DNA of 64,000 nucleotides. It comes from an uncultured Bacteroidales bacterium (GTDB lineage: Bacteria > Bacteroidota > Bacteroidia > Bacteroidales > UBA11471). Position numbers and translations under genes: made by a program. The notes under the pieces were generated by a model, which saw nothing but the letters and a program-made list of their open reading frames with translations, had not been told where the DNA came from and did not search any database. How positions within the stretch are numbered: position 1 is the stretch's first letter; each line of letters begins with the position of its first letter. The DNA lies in contig CANQDQ010000005.1 in the NCBI GenBank assembly GCA_947593515.1, forward strand, positions 508 to 64,507, read 5' to 3'. Positions 6,425 to 16,277 of this stretch are shown here, piece by piece.

Positions 6425-8839
6425 ATGAAACAAAAAATTTTTGTATGTATTTTGCTGATGATGGGATTGTGTGCCGTTGCACAGGCGCAAATGTCCGATA
6501 ATCAGGTGATTGCTTATGTAAAAGCAGCCAAGAGCGCCGGCAAGGGAGAAACCCAGATAGGGCAGGAGCTGATAGCCCGGGGCGTAACTCCGGCTCAAAT
6601 CGAGCGGTTGAAAACCCGTTTTGAAGAAGGGCAGGGCAGTGAGGCTCAGGTTGTAGACCAGAGTGTCAGCGCCCAATATCGGGAACGTACCCGAGATGCC
6701 GCCAATGAAGTTACGGCAGGTTCTCTCGACGGAGTGGCACAGGCGGTCGATAACGTTACCGAGAGTGGTGCCGCACGGCGTCATGTTTATGGTCGTAATG
6801 TATTCAATGGCAGAACATTGACTTTCGAACCGAACGAAAATACGGCGACGCCTGAAAATTACCGCTTGGGTCCGGGCGATGAAATCATCATCGACATTTG
6901 GGGCGAAAACGAAGCCAGTCTGCGGCAGGAAATATCGCCGGAAGGCAATATCATGGTTTCGCAGTTGGGTCCCGTATATTTGAACGGATTGACCATAAAA
7001 CAGGCTTCCGACCGAATCAAAGAGTTGTTTGCACGGAAGTACAGCGGCGTTTCGGGCGACAATCCCGATTCGCAGATACGGGTAACGCTGGGGCAGATAC
7101 GCACCATACAGGTCAATATCATGGGCGAGGTGCAAATGCCGGGAACCTATCGGCTCTCGTCGTTTTCGACGCTGTTCCATGCCCTGTATCGCGCCGGCGG
7201 TGTGAGCGGTGTCGGCTCTTTGCGCAATATTCAAGTGATACGCGACGGAAAACCGTTGGCGACGATCGATGTATATCAATATCTTTTTGAAGGAAAAACT
7301 TCCGATGACATACGTTTGCAGGAAGGCGACGTGATAATCGTGCCTCCCTATGAAATCATGGCGAATATCGACGGGAATGTAAAACGTCCGATGCTTTACG
7401 AGATGAAGAAGGGCGAAACGCTTTCTACCTTGATAGAGTATGCCGGCGGGTTCACAGGCGATGCCTATACCAAAGAGATGCGCCTCGTTCGCAGAACCGG
7501 TCGTGAAAACGAATTGTTCAATATCGACAGCGACGAATACGCCTCCTATCGGTTGGAAGACGGCGATGCCATTACAGTAGGGGCTATTCTCGACCGTTTT
7601 GCCAATCGAGTGGAAGTGCGCGGCTCCGTGTATCGTCCGGGTATGTACGAGCTTGGCGACAAAGTGAAAACGGTCAAAGAGCTTATCGCGCGTGCCGACG
7701 GTTTGAAAGAAGACGCTTTCCTCAACCGTGTGCAATTGTTCCGTGAACGCGAAGACCTGTCGCTGGAAATTTTGGCTGTCGACTTGGGCGGATTGATGAA
7801 CGGGACGCTTCCCGACATAGAACTGCGCCGCAACGATGTGCTGGTGATACCGAGCATTCACGAATTGGAAGAGCGCGGCGCATTCGTCATCAGCGGGTTG
7901 GTTGCCCGTCCGGGCGTATATCCTTATGCCGAAAACACGACGCTGGAAGACCTTATCGTCCAAGCCGGCGGTTTGTTGGAGAGCGCCTCTTCGGCAAGAG
8001 TCGATATTTCCCGTCGCTTGAAAGATCCGATGGGTATGGAAGAGGTCGATTCGTTGAGTCAGCTTTTCTCTTTCTCCGTAAAAGACGGATATGTCATCGA
8101 CGGTGAGAGCGATTTCGTATTGGAGCCGTTCGATATGGTCGATATTCGCAAAAGTCCGGCTTATCAGGCGCAGCGCCGCGTACATATCGGCGGTGAAGTA
8201 CTCTTTCCGGGCGGTTACGTAATTAAGGAAAAAAACGAACGCCTCTCCGATTTGGTGGCACGCGCCGGCGGGTGTACGAAAGACGCTTATATCGAAGGCG
8301 CGCGACTGATTCGCCAAATGACCGACGACGAGCGTGCCATTCGCGACAAAGTGCTGAATGTGGCTCGAAGCAGCTCCGGCGACTCGGTGGCGATAGCTCG
8401 TCTGCAATTGTCGAATACCTATCTGGTAGGTATAGAATTGAACAAAGCGTTGAAAAAGCCCGGTTCCGATTTCGATTTGGTGCTGCGTGAAGGCGACAGG
8501 TTGGAAATACCCGAACACGAAACGACCGTCAAAATCGAAGGTCAGGTTTTATACCCCAATACGGTAACCTACCTGAAAGGGAAAAAACTGAAATACTATA
8601 TAGCCCAAGCCGGCGGATATGCACACGGGGCAAAGAAGCGCAAAGTCTATATCGTGTATATGAACGGAACTGTTGCCAAAGCAAAAAGAGGAAAAGCCCA
8701 TATAGCAGAGGGCTCCCGCATTATCGTGCCGACGAAGAAAGAGCGGAAGGGGCTCAGCGTGGGTGAAATCGTCGGATTGACCACTTCGGCTGCTTCCGTT
8801 GGTACCATGGCTGCCTCTATTGCCAATTTAGCGAAATAA
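6425..8839 (+). CDS. Polysaccharide export protein with multiple SLBB domains (Wza/KpsD-like)
   Basis: Signal peptide; YRLGPGDEI poly_export motif; repeated GEV..PG.Y / AGG SLBB repeats. Confidence 0.9.
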   Translation: MKQKIFVCILLMMGLCAVAQAQMSDNQVIAYVKAAKSAGKGETQIGQELIARGVTPAQIERLKTRFEEGQGSEAQVVDQSVSAQYRERTRDAANEVTAGSLDGVAQAVDNVTESGAARRHVYGRNVFNGRTLTFEPNENTATPENYRLGPGDEIIIDIWGENEASLRQEISPEGNIMVSQLGPVYLNGLTIKQASDRIKELFARKYSGVSGDNPDSQIRVTLGQIRTIQVNIMGEVQMPGTYRLSSFSTLFHALYRAGGVSGVGSLRNIQVIRDGKPLATIDVYQYLFEGKTSDDIRLQEGDVIIVPPYEIMANIDGNVKRPMLYEMKKGETLSTLIEYAGGFTGDAYTKEMRLVRRTGRENELFNIDSDEYASYRLEDGDAITVGAILDRFANRVEVRGSVYRPGMYELGDKVKTVKELIARADGLKEDAFLNRVQLFREREDLSLEILAVDLGGLMNGTLPDIELRRNDVLVIPSIHELEERGAFVISGLVARPGVYPYAENTTLEDLIVQAGGLLESASSARVDISRRLKDPMGMEEVDSLSQLFSFSVKDGYVIDGESDFVLEPFDMVDIRKSPAYQAQRRVHIGGEVLFPGGYVIKEKNERLSDLVARAGGCTKDAYIEGARLIRQMTDDERAIRDKVLNVARSSSGDSVAIARLQLSNTYLVGIELNKALKKPGSDFDLVLREGDRLEIPEHETTVKIEGQVLYPNTVTYLKGKKLKYYIAQAGGYAHGAKKRKVYIVYMNGTVAKAKRGKAHIAEGSRIIVPTKKERKGLSVGEIVGLTTSAASVGTMAASIANLAK

Positions 8840-8857
8840 TATCTAAATATCGAAGCA

Positions 8858-9967
8858 ATGAAAGAAACCGATATGCCGGAACAGAATATTCCGGACACAG
8901 AAGACGAAATCGATTTGATAGAGCTTGCCCGAAAACTTTGGGTGGAGAAAAAACTCATCTTGAAGTGGTGCGGGGTGGCTGCCGTGTTGGCAATCGTCAT
9001 CGCATTCAGCATTCCCAAGCAATATACGACAGAAGTAATACTTGCGCCGGAGCTTGCCGACCAAAAGATGAACGGCAACATGGGTGCGCTGGCATCGCTG
9101 GCAGGTGTCAATGCAGGTCAGGCGGGAGCCGATGCCGTATATCCCGATTTGTATCCCGACATCGTATCTTCCGTTCCCTTTATAGTCGAGCTGTTCGATG
9201 TGCCCGTAACCAATCTCGACGGCGATTTGCAGACCACCGTCTATGATTATATGGAGAACCATACGCGTTCGCCGTGGTGGAGCGTTATCATTTCCGCTCC
9301 GTTCAAAGCGCTCGGTTGGTTCGTTTCGCTCTTCGAAGACGAAGAGGAGGAAAAAGAGGGAATCGATGTTTTCCAATTGACGAAGCAGGAAACCGATATC
9401 GTAAAAGCCTTGAACGACTGCATCAACGTTTCCGTCGATAAGAAAACGTCGGTGATAACGCTTGCCGTAACCATGCAAGACCCCCTCATATCGGCAGTGC
9501 TCACCGATACGGTAATGCGCAATTTGCAGGAGTATATCACGGACTACCGTACCAACAAAGCGCGGCACGATTTGGAATTTATGCAAAAACTTTACGATGA
9601 AGCGCAGCAAAATTATTATGCCGCCCAACAGGAATATGCCGATTATGTGGATTCCAATCAGGGGCTTTCGTCGAACAGCGCGCAGACCAAACGCGAACGC
9701 CTGCAAAATGAAATGAATCTTGCCTATAATCTTTATAATCGAATGGCACAGCAGTTGCAGCAGGCGAAAGCCAAAGTGCAGGAGAGTACTCCCGTGTATG
9801 CTGTCGTGCAGCCTGCCTCTGTACCTATCAAGGCATCTAAACCTTCCAAACTTCTTATCTTGGTCGGTTGCGTGTTTTTGGCAGGAGTTATCGCTTCGGC
9901 ATGGATTCTTTTCGGTCGGGGCATTGTGGAGCAGTTCCGCAAGAAACCCGAAGAATCGGTTGCTTAG
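8858..9967 (+). CDS. Polysaccharide chain-length determinant (Wzz/PCP family)
   Basis: EIDLIELARKLW, two TM helices flanking a coiled coil, proline-rich motif before TM2. Confidence 0.9.
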   Translation: MKETDMPEQNIPDTEDEIDLIELARKLWVEKKLILKWCGVAAVLAIVIAFSIPKQYTTEVILAPELADQKMNGNMGALASLAGVNAGQAGADAVYPDLYPDIVSSVPFIVELFDVPVTNLDGDLQTTVYDYMENHTRSPWWSVIISAPFKALGWFVSLFEDEEEEKEGIDVFQLTKQETDIVKALNDCINVSVDKKTSVITLAVTMQDPLISAVLTDTVMRNLQEYITDYRTNKARHDLEFMQKLYDEAQQNYYAAQQEYADYVDSNQGLSSNSAQTKRERLQNEMNLAYNLYNRMAQQLQQAKAKVQESTPVYAVVQPASVPIKASKPSKLLILVGCVFLAGVIASAWILFGRGIVEQFRKKPEESVA

Positions 9968-9991
9968 CCGGACGGAGGTTTGAAGAGTACG

Positions 9992-10025
9992 AAAGCGGTC
10001 GCTTAACCAAGCGACCGCTTTTTTT
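9992..10025 (+). terminator. Intrinsic terminator after wzz
   Basis: aaagcggtcgctt-aacc-aagcgaccgcttt followed by a T run. Confidence 0.85.
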
Positions 10026-10058
10026 GTACATTGTCTTTTGTTGAGGAGAGCGAAGCGT

Positions 10059-10091
10059 AAAAAAAGCAGCGCGACCGACGGGTCGCGCTGC
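10059..10091 (-). terminator. Intrinsic terminator after glyA (REP-like palindrome copy 1)
   Basis: gcagcgcgacc-gacg-ggtcgcgctgc with an A7 run on its left. Confidence 0.85.
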
Positions 10092-10114
10092 GTATTTCGA
10101 TGAATCGGTGTCCG

Positions 10115-11395
10115 TTAGTAAGCGAACAGCGGATAGTTTTTCATCGTTTCGTTTACCTTCTCGCGCACGGCTTTGATGACCGCCTCGTTTTCGGGAGCGG
10201 CAAGTACGGTGTCTATCATTTCCACGATTTCGAGCATCAGCCCCTCTTTGGCGCCGCGTGTGGTGATGGCGGGCGTGCCGAGGCGTATGCCGGAAGTCTG
10301 GAACGGCGAACGGCTGTCGAACGGCACCATGTTTTTGTTGGCGGTGATGTCGGCTGCTACGAGCGCTTTCTCCGCCACCTTACCCGTGAGTTCGGGATAT
10401 TTGGTGCGCAGATCTATCAACATGCAGTGGTTGTCGGTACCGTTTGAAATCACCTTGTAGCCTTTGTCTATGAAAGCCTGAGCCATGACGGCGGCGTTTT
10501 TCTTCACCTGTTTCTGGTACTCTTTGTATTCGGGTTGCAGCGCCTCGCCGAAAGCTACGGCTTTGGCGGCGATGACGTGTTCCAACGGACCGCCCTGTAC
10601 GCCCGGGAAAACGGCGGAGTCGAGCAGTGCCGACATTTTTTTGATTTCGCCTTTCGGCGTCGTTTTGCCCCACGGATTGTCGAAATCCTTGCCCAACAGA
10701 ATGATGCCGCCGCGCGGTCCTCTCAGGGTCTTGTGCGTCGTAGAGGTAACGATGTGGGCATATTTCAGCGGATTGTCGAGCAGTCCGGCGGCAATAAGAC
10801 CCGCCGGGTGCGCCATATCTATCATGAAGATGGCGCCTATCTCGTCGGCGATGCGGCGCATACGGGCGTAGTCCCATTCGCGCGAGTAAGCCGACGCGCC
10901 GCCGATAAGCAGTTTCGGACGTTCACGCAATGCCACCTCTTCCATCATGTCGTAATCCACGTAGCCCGTGTCTTCCTTCACGCCGTAGTCGAGGGCGTGG
11001 AACACCAGACCCGAGAAATTTACGGGGGAGCCGTGCGACAGGTGTCCGCCGTGCGAGAGGTTCAGACCGAGAAATTTGTCGCCCGGATTGAGTACGGCCA
11101 TGAACACCGCCATGTTGGCTTGTGCGCCCGAGTGCGGCTGCACGTTCACCCATTCGGCGCCGAAGATTTTTTTCAGGCGGTCTATGGCAAGTTGTTCCGA
11201 TTCATCTACCACTTCGCAGCCGCCGTAGTAGCGTTTGCCCGGATAGCCTTCGGCATATTTGTTGGTCAGGCAGGAACCCATAGCCTGCATTACTTGGTCG
11301 CTCACGAAATTTTCCGAAGCAATCAGCTCGATGCCTTTCATCTGGCGCTGCCGCTCGCGGTCGATAATGTCGAAAATAGCATTGTCTCTCTTCAT
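10115..11395 (-). CDS. glyA: Serine hydroxymethyltransferase
   Basis: [36 protein letters not shown]. Confidence 0.98.
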   Translation of the reverse strand: MKRDNAIFDIIDRERQRQMKGIELIASENFVSDQVMQAMGSCLTNKYAEGYPGKRYYGGCEVVDESEQLAIDRLKKIFGAEWVNVQPHSGAQANMAVFMAVLNPGDKFLGLNLSHGGHLSHGSPVNFSGLVFHALDYGVKEDTGYVDYDMMEEVALRERPKLLIGGASAYSREWDYARMRRIADEIGAIFMIDMAHPAGLIAAGLLDNPLKYAHIVTSTTHKTLRGPRGGIILLGKDFDNPWGKTTPKGEIKKMSALLDSAVFPGVQGGPLEHVIAAKAVAFGEALQPEYKEYQKQVKKNAAVMAQAFIDKGYKVISNGTDNHCMLIDLRTKYPELTGKVAEKALVAADITANKNMVPFDSRSPFQTSGIRLGTPAITTRGAKEGLMLEIVEMIDTVLAAPENEAVIKAVREKVNETMKNYPLFAY

Positions 11396-11469
11396 TTTTT
11401 ATACTTGTTTTGAGAATTTTTTCGTTTTTGAAGCCGCAAAGATAATCTTTTTTTACCGCTTGCGGGGTA

Positions 11470-12072
11470 TCATTTTCTTTTTTTCTCGACCGACCAGCCG
11501 AATTTTCCGATTTTCTCGCCCGTGCCGTAGTAATTGCCGTGCGAATAGACCAACAGACCGGCTTTCTCCATATCGAATGCGCCGCTTTCGGGGTCGATGT
11601 AGGCGGTATCGGCGAGAATGCCCTCCACGTCGGCGATGAACATATCGTGGCTGCCGAGCCGCATGACTTCGCGCACGCGGCACTCGATGCACATCGGCGC
11701 CTCTTTCAGGTAAGGAGCCGCCACCGTCTGCGACGGCACGGGCGTCAATCCGCACTCGGCGAATTTGTCGTAATCACGACCCGAGCGCACGCCGCACCAG
11801 TCGGTTTCGCGTGCGAGCGCTTCGGTCGTCAGGTTGATGACGAATGCCATGTTTTTTTCGATAATCGGGTGCGAATGCCGTTCGGGGCGTATCGACACGT
11901 AGCACATCGGCGGGTTGCTGCATATCGTGCCCACCCATGCGGCGGTGAGCACGTTGTACTCTTCGGGCGCGGCGCCGCAGCTGATAAGCGCCGCCGGCAG
12001 CGGATAAATCATCGTACCCGCTTTCCATGCCACCTTTTCGCCGGAGGCGGCGACACGTTTTTTCTCGCTCAT
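11470..12072 (-). CDS. Flavin reductase family protein
   Basis: YPLPAALISC, SIRPERHS, IECRV...LGSHDMF. Confidence 0.9.
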   Translation of the reverse strand: MSEKKRVAASGEKVAWKAGTMIYPLPAALISCGAAPEEYNVLTAAWVGTICSNPPMCYVSIRPERHSHPIIEKNMAFVINLTTEALARETDWCGVRSGRDYDKFAECGLTPVPSQTVAAPYLKEAPMCIECRVREVMRLGSHDMFIADVEGILADTAYIDPESGAFDMEKAGLLVYSHGNYYGTGEKIGKFGWSVEKKRK

Positions 12073-12085
12073 GGTGCGCTGCGGA

Positions 12086-12547
12086 TTATTTGATTTTTAT
12101 CTGCTCTTTCGAGATAGCCTGTTCGCAATAGCAGCATTTCACCGTAACGTTTTCTTTGTCGATGACGTCGAATTTCGTCGCCATCGGCTCGTTGTTGGTG
12201 ATGCACTTGGGGTTGGCGCAGCGTATGATGTCGTGCAGTTGGTCGGGGAGCGAAACCTCCTGTTTGTGTACGACCTGATAGTCTTTGATGATGTTTATTT
12301 TGGCTTTCGGCGCCAGAATGGCGATTTTGTTTATATCTTCCTCTTTGAAGAATGTATCGGCGATTTTTATGATGCCTTTCTTTCCTATTTTATGGCTGTA
12401 CAGGTTGTTGCCGATGGTGATGCTTTTGTCCATCGTGTCGAGGTGCAGCAGCGATACGACCTTGAACAGTTGGTCGGAAGGTATGCGGTCTATGACCGTG
12501 CCGTTTTCGAGGGCAGCCACTTTCAGTTCTTTGTCGGACAGTTCCAT
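12086..12547 (-). CDS. pyrI: Aspartate carbamoyltransferase regulatory chain
   Basis: NGTVIDRI; Zn ligands CANPKC and CCYCE. Confidence 0.97.
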   Translation of the reverse strand: MELSDKELKVAALENGTVIDRIPSDQLFKVVSLLHLDTMDKSITIGNNLYSHKIGKKGIIKIADTFFKEEDINKIAILAPKAKINIIKDYQVVHKQEVSLPDQLHDIIRCANPKCITNNEPMATKFDVIDKENVTVKCCYCEQAISKEQIKIK

Positions 12548-12569
12548 GACGGTATGTTTTGTGGGTCGA

Positions 12570-13490
12570 TTAATCCGTGATTTTTATTCCTAACACTTTG
12601 CAGATGATAGCCTGCCGTGTGTACAGCCCGTTTTTCGCCTGCTCGAAATAGTAGGCTTTCGGGTTGTCATCGACGTCGTAAGCGATTTCGTTTACGCGGG
12701 GCAGGGGGTGCAGTATGCGCAGGTTGGGCTTGCTGCCGGCGAGCATGGCGTTGCGCAGCGTATATACGTTTTTCACTTTCTCGTATTCCATCAGGTCGGT
12801 GAACCGCTCCCGCTGTACGCGCGTCATGTAGAGAATATCCGCGCGGTTGATGATGTCTTCGGTGAAGTCGCGGTGTTCCTCGTAGGGAATGCCGAGTTTG
12901 TCGCAATACACTTTGTACTCGTCGGGCATTTTCAGCTCTTCGGGCGCCACGAAGTGGAAGGTCGGGCGGAAGTGCGACATCGCCATCAGCAGCGAGTGCA
13001 CCGTGCGTCCGTATTTCAGGTCGCCCACCATGGTGATGTTCAGGTTTTCGAGCGTGTCCTGCGTCTTGTATATGGAGTAGAGGTCGAGCAGCGTCTGCGA
13101 CGGGTGTTGGTTGGAGCCGTCGCCCGCATTGATGATAGGCTTGGGCGATACTTCCGAGGCGTAGCGGGCGGCGCCGTCGAGGTAGTGGCGCATGATAATA
13201 AGATCGACATAGTTGCTTACCATGATAATGGTATCTTTCAGCGTCTCGCCTTTGGTGGAGCTGGTGGTCGAAGCGTCGGAAAATCCGATGATGCGTCCGC
13301 CCAACCGGTTTACGGCGGTTTCAAAACTCAGTCGCGTGCGCGTCGACGGCTCGAAAAACAGCGTGGCGATGACTTTCCCCTCCAACACGCGGCGATTGGG
13401 ATTCGCCTCGAACAGCTTGGCGGTTTCCAGCACTTCGAGTATTTCGTCTTTCGAGTAGTCGGTAATGGAAACTAAACTCTCTTTTTTCAT
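12570..13490 (-). CDS. pyrB: Aspartate carbamoyltransferase catalytic chain
   Basis: [26 protein letters not shown]. Confidence 0.98.
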   Translation of the reverse strand: MKKESLVSITDYSKDEILEVLETAKLFEANPNRRVLEGKVIATLFFEPSTRTRLSFETAVNRLGGRIIGFSDASTTSSTKGETLKDTIIMVSNYVDLIIMRHYLDGAARYASEVSPKPIINAGDGSNQHPSQTLLDLYSIYKTQDTLENLNITMVGDLKYGRTVHSLLMAMSHFRPTFHFVAPEELKMPDEYKVYCDKLGIPYEEHRDFTEDIINRADILYMTRVQRERFTDLMEYEKVKNVYTLRNAMLAGSKPNLRILHPLPRVNEIAYDVDDNPKAYYFEQAKNGLYTRQAIICKVLGIKITD

Positions 13491-13654
13491 AATATGGTTG
13501 CGTTAAATAAGTCGGGCATAAAAAAGACCGCAGCCGGAAACATTTCCGGAACGGTCGTTCGACGAAACGATGCCGGCGCCCCTTTTCTGCAAAAGAGTTT
13601 GAATCCGTTTCCCGTCGGCAGTTGTCGTGTTTTCGGTATCATCGCTTCGTACAT
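13487..13654 (-). CDS. Putative pyrBI leader peptide (55 aa; 51 aa if started at ATG 13642)
   Basis: Hand-translated open frame [55 protein letters not shown]; its TGA overlaps the pyrB ATG. Confidence 0.5.
   Translation of the reverse strand: MYEAMIPKTRQLPTGNGFKLFCRKGAPASFRRTTVPEMFPAAVFFMPDLFNATIL
13520..13556 (-). terminator. Attenuator-type terminator in the pyrB 5' leader
   Basis: gaccgttccggaaa-tg-tttccggctgcggtc followed by T6, 30 nt upstream of the pyrB ATG. Confidence 0.75.
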
Positions 13655-13663
13655 TCGTTCTTA

Positions 13664-13671
13664 CAAAAGTA
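13664..13671 (-). promoter_or_regulatory. -7 element (TACTTTTG) of the pyrBI promoter
   Basis: caaaagta on the + strand, just upstream of the leader ORF. Confidence 0.6.
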
Positions 13672-13820
13672 CAAAAAAAATGGTATCGCCAACATTTCCG
13701 ATAAAAATATTTTTTCGAGAATTTGTGAACAGCACCTTTGGGGTAATTTATTTCGTGATGTTGATAAAAAATGAAAAGAAAAGTATAAAAATATGTATCT
13801 TTGCCCCAAAACGAAAAAAA

Positions 13821-14567
13821 ATGATAGGGAATAAAAAAATCGTAGTCGTGATGCCGGCTTACAATGCCGAGCAAACATTGAAGCAGACTTACGATGAAAT
13901 ACCTTTCGATATTGTCGATGAGGTGATACTCACCGACGATTGCAGCAACGACAATACGGTGGACGAAGCCCGCCGCATCGGCATAAAGGAAGTATTGGTA
14001 CATAAGCGTAACAAAGGTTACGGCGGAAATCAGAAAACCTGTTACGACCGTGCGCTGGCGCTGGGTGCCGATGTGGTGATTATGGTGCACCCCGATTATC
14101 AATATACGCCGAAACTTATCGCCTCGATGGCTTACGTCATTGCAAACGGCGTTTATCCCGTCGTACTGGCATCGCGCATCTTGGGAAAGGGCGCACTCAA
14201 AGGCGGTATGCCCATGCTCAAATATATTTCCAACCGCATACTGACATTCGTGCAAAACGTGCTGCTCAACCAAAAACTTTCGGAATATCATACCGGTTAT
14301 CGGGCTTTTTCGGCAGAGGTGCTGCGGGCTATCGACTATCATGCCGGTTCCGACGACTTCGTGTTCGACAACGAAATGCTGGCGCAGATATTCTGGGCAG
14401 GTTACGAAATAGGCGAAATCACGTGTCCCACCAAATATTTTGCCGAAGCCTCGTCCATCAACCTGCGGCGCAGCGCCGTTTACGGATTGGGCGTGCTGTG
14501 GGTTTCGTTTCTTTACCGCTTGTGCAAGTGGCATTTGGCAAAGTCGAAACTTTTCCATAGAAAATAA
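13821..14567 (+). CDS. Glycosyltransferase family 2 (polyprenol-phosphate glycosyltransferase-like)
   Basis: VVMPAYNAE, DDCSND, NKGYGG, HPDYQY. Start placed at ATG 13821, after TATCTTTG at 13796-13803. Confidence 0.9.
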   Translation: MIGNKKIVVVMPAYNAEQTLKQTYDEIPFDIVDEVILTDDCSNDNTVDEARRIGIKEVLVHKRNKGYGGNQKTCYDRALALGADVVIMVHPDYQYTPKLIASMAYVIANGVYPVVLASRILGKGALKGGMPMLKYISNRILTFVQNVLLNQKLSEYHTGYRAFSAEVLRAIDYHAGSDDFVFDNEMLAQIFWAGYEIGEITCPTKYFAEASSINLRRSAVYGLGVLWVSFLYRLCKWHLAKSKLFHRK

Positions 14568-14575
14568 TTGAGGTT

Positions 14576-16162
14576 ATGATGAAGAAATACATTCCCCTGC
14601 TGGCTGTCGTGCTGGTGTTTGCCGCCGTCTATGCCTTCTGTTTCGATGCCAAACTCGACCTGAACGGCGACAATGCCGCCTATATACAGTTGGCGCGAAA
14701 TCTCTCGCACGGATTGGGCTACTCCAACGTCGCGCCCGGCGGTATTACCCCTGCCGGACATTTCCCGCCCGGATATCCTTTTTTCTTGGCGCTGTTCATG
14801 TGGGTGGGAATCGATAACCTCGTATTCTTCAAAATTCTCAACGGGTTGTTGCTGCTGTTTTCCATTGTGGCGCTTTTCGCTCTGTCGCGCCGCCTTTCGG
14901 GAAACAATGTCGCTGTGGCGGCGACGGCGGCGCTGCTTACCTGTTTTTCGCCGCACCTGATGCACTTCGCGTCGATGGCGATGTCCGAAATGCTCTATCT
15001 TGCCTGCGTGGTGCTTGCTTTCGCGGCGTTGTACCGGTATGCGGTGCAGCAGCCGGCGTCGTTTTACCGGTCGCCGTGGTTTTACGCCGCATTGTTGGCA
15101 GCAGGAGCCGCCTATTATATTCGCACCGTAGGCGCGTCGATACTTTTTGCCGTGTTGCTGTTTTTCCTCTTTCGCAAAGAGTGGAAAGCTGCGGCTGCCT
15201 CCGTCGGCGGCATCGTGCTGCTGCTCCTGCCGTGGTCGATACGCAATGCGGTCTGCGGCATAGAGTCGCGCTATTTCGGTACGATTATGGTCGTCAATCC
15301 GTGGCGTCCCGAAATGGGAACCGTGTCGAGCGCGGGCGAGATGTTCTCCAAAATGATAACCAACTTCGACGAAACCGTGCTCAAAGGGTTTGCCGAAATT
15401 CTTTTTCCTTTCCTCTCTATCGATTATCAGCACCCGTCGGGATTCGGCGGCATCGTTGCCGGCTTGGCGATACTTGCGGTTGTGTTGTATGGCTGCTGGT
15501 CGCTGGGCGGAAAAAACTTCCGCTATCCTTTTCTCGGATTCATCGCGGCGAATATCGGGCTGTTTGCCTTGTGGCATGGCGGCAACGGCAGCCGCTATGT
15601 TGTGCCGGTGGCTCCGTTTCTCTACCTGTTTTTCTATTTCGGTCTGTACAATTTGTTGGTGCTGGCAGCCCGTAAAATGACGAAAACGGCATTCGATTCC
15701 GTGCGCGTGCAGCGTTGGGCATACGCGGCTTTGTTCCTGTTTATCCCCATGTACACACCCGTAGAAGCGCAGGCGCAGCTGTCGCGGCAGCCGTTCCCGC
15801 CCGCTTACCGCAACTATTTCAGGATTGCGGAAACCATGCAGAAGCAACTGCCTGCCGGTGCGATAGTCGTTTGCCGCAAGCCGGAACTGTTCTCCTATTT
15901 TGCACCGGATCACTTTGCCGACCGCTATCTGTTTACAAAAGATGCCGACGCTCTCATTGCCGACCTCGTGGCGCGAAAAGCCGATTTCGTCATTTTGGAA
16001 CAGTTGGGTTACAGCTCTACGCCGCTTTACCTTTATCCTGCCATACAGCAGAATCCCGACCTTTTTCCGGTCGTGCTGCATTTGCAGAATCCCGATACCT
16101 ACCTGTTGCGATTCGACCTGAAAGCTGCCGCCGAGCATCTTGCCGGCGGACGTACGGAATAA
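14576..16162 (+). CDS. Multi-TM GT-C fold glycosyltransferase (ArnT/PMT-like)
   Basis: GDNAAYIQLA first-loop motif, HFPPGYP, MSEMLY, YIRTVG, SRYVVP; many TM helices. Confidence 0.75.
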   Translation: MMKKYIPLLAVVLVFAAVYAFCFDAKLDLNGDNAAYIQLARNLSHGLGYSNVAPGGITPAGHFPPGYPFFLALFMWVGIDNLVFFKILNGLLLLFSIVALFALSRRLSGNNVAVAATAALLTCFSPHLMHFASMAMSEMLYLACVVLAFAALYRYAVQQPASFYRSPWFYAALLAAGAAYYIRTVGASILFAVLLFFLFRKEWKAAAASVGGIVLLLLPWSIRNAVCGIESRYFGTIMVVNPWRPEMGTVSSAGEMFSKMITNFDETVLKGFAEILFPFLSIDYQHPSGFGGIVAGLAILAVVLYGCWSLGGKNFRYPFLGFIAANIGLFALWHGGNGSRYVVPVAPFLYLFFYFGLYNLLVLAARKMTKTAFDSVRVQRWAYAALFLFIPMYTPVEAQAQLSRQPFPPAYRNYFRIAETMQKQLPAGAIVVCRKPELFSYFAPDHFADRYLFTKDADALIADLVARKADFVILEQLGYSSTPLYLYPAIQQNPDLFPVVLHLQNPDTYLLRFDLKAAAEHLAGGRTE

Positions 16163-16277
16163 AAAATCTTTTTGACAGGGAACAAAGATATTCCGGCTTT
16201 ATGTCGATATGTCGGGGAAAATGGCTAACTTGCGCCCGCTTCTCCGCAGAGAGGTGATATACATAATAAAAATACCG

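Noticed and set aside
6308-8518. 736-aa antisense ORF over wza, and similar long shadow ORFs over glmM, dxs, mutS2, the GT-C gene and the permease
   Set aside because: They lie antisense to well-supported genes and have no recognisable motifs. Codon bias in GC-rich genes commonly leaves the opposite strand open.
13494-13820. N-terminal extensions in the ORF track (GT2; likewise queA, MBL hydrolase, LolA, LytTR, histidine kinase, FolK-like, dxs)
   Set aside because: The extensions overlap promoters or neighbouring genes, and family homology begins at downstream starts.
16183-16190. Antisense -7 element pointing into the GT-C gene, and a similar one at 4642-4649 pointing toward att
   Set aside because: An 8-bp match without a properly spaced -33 element occurs often by chance in AT-rich spacers.
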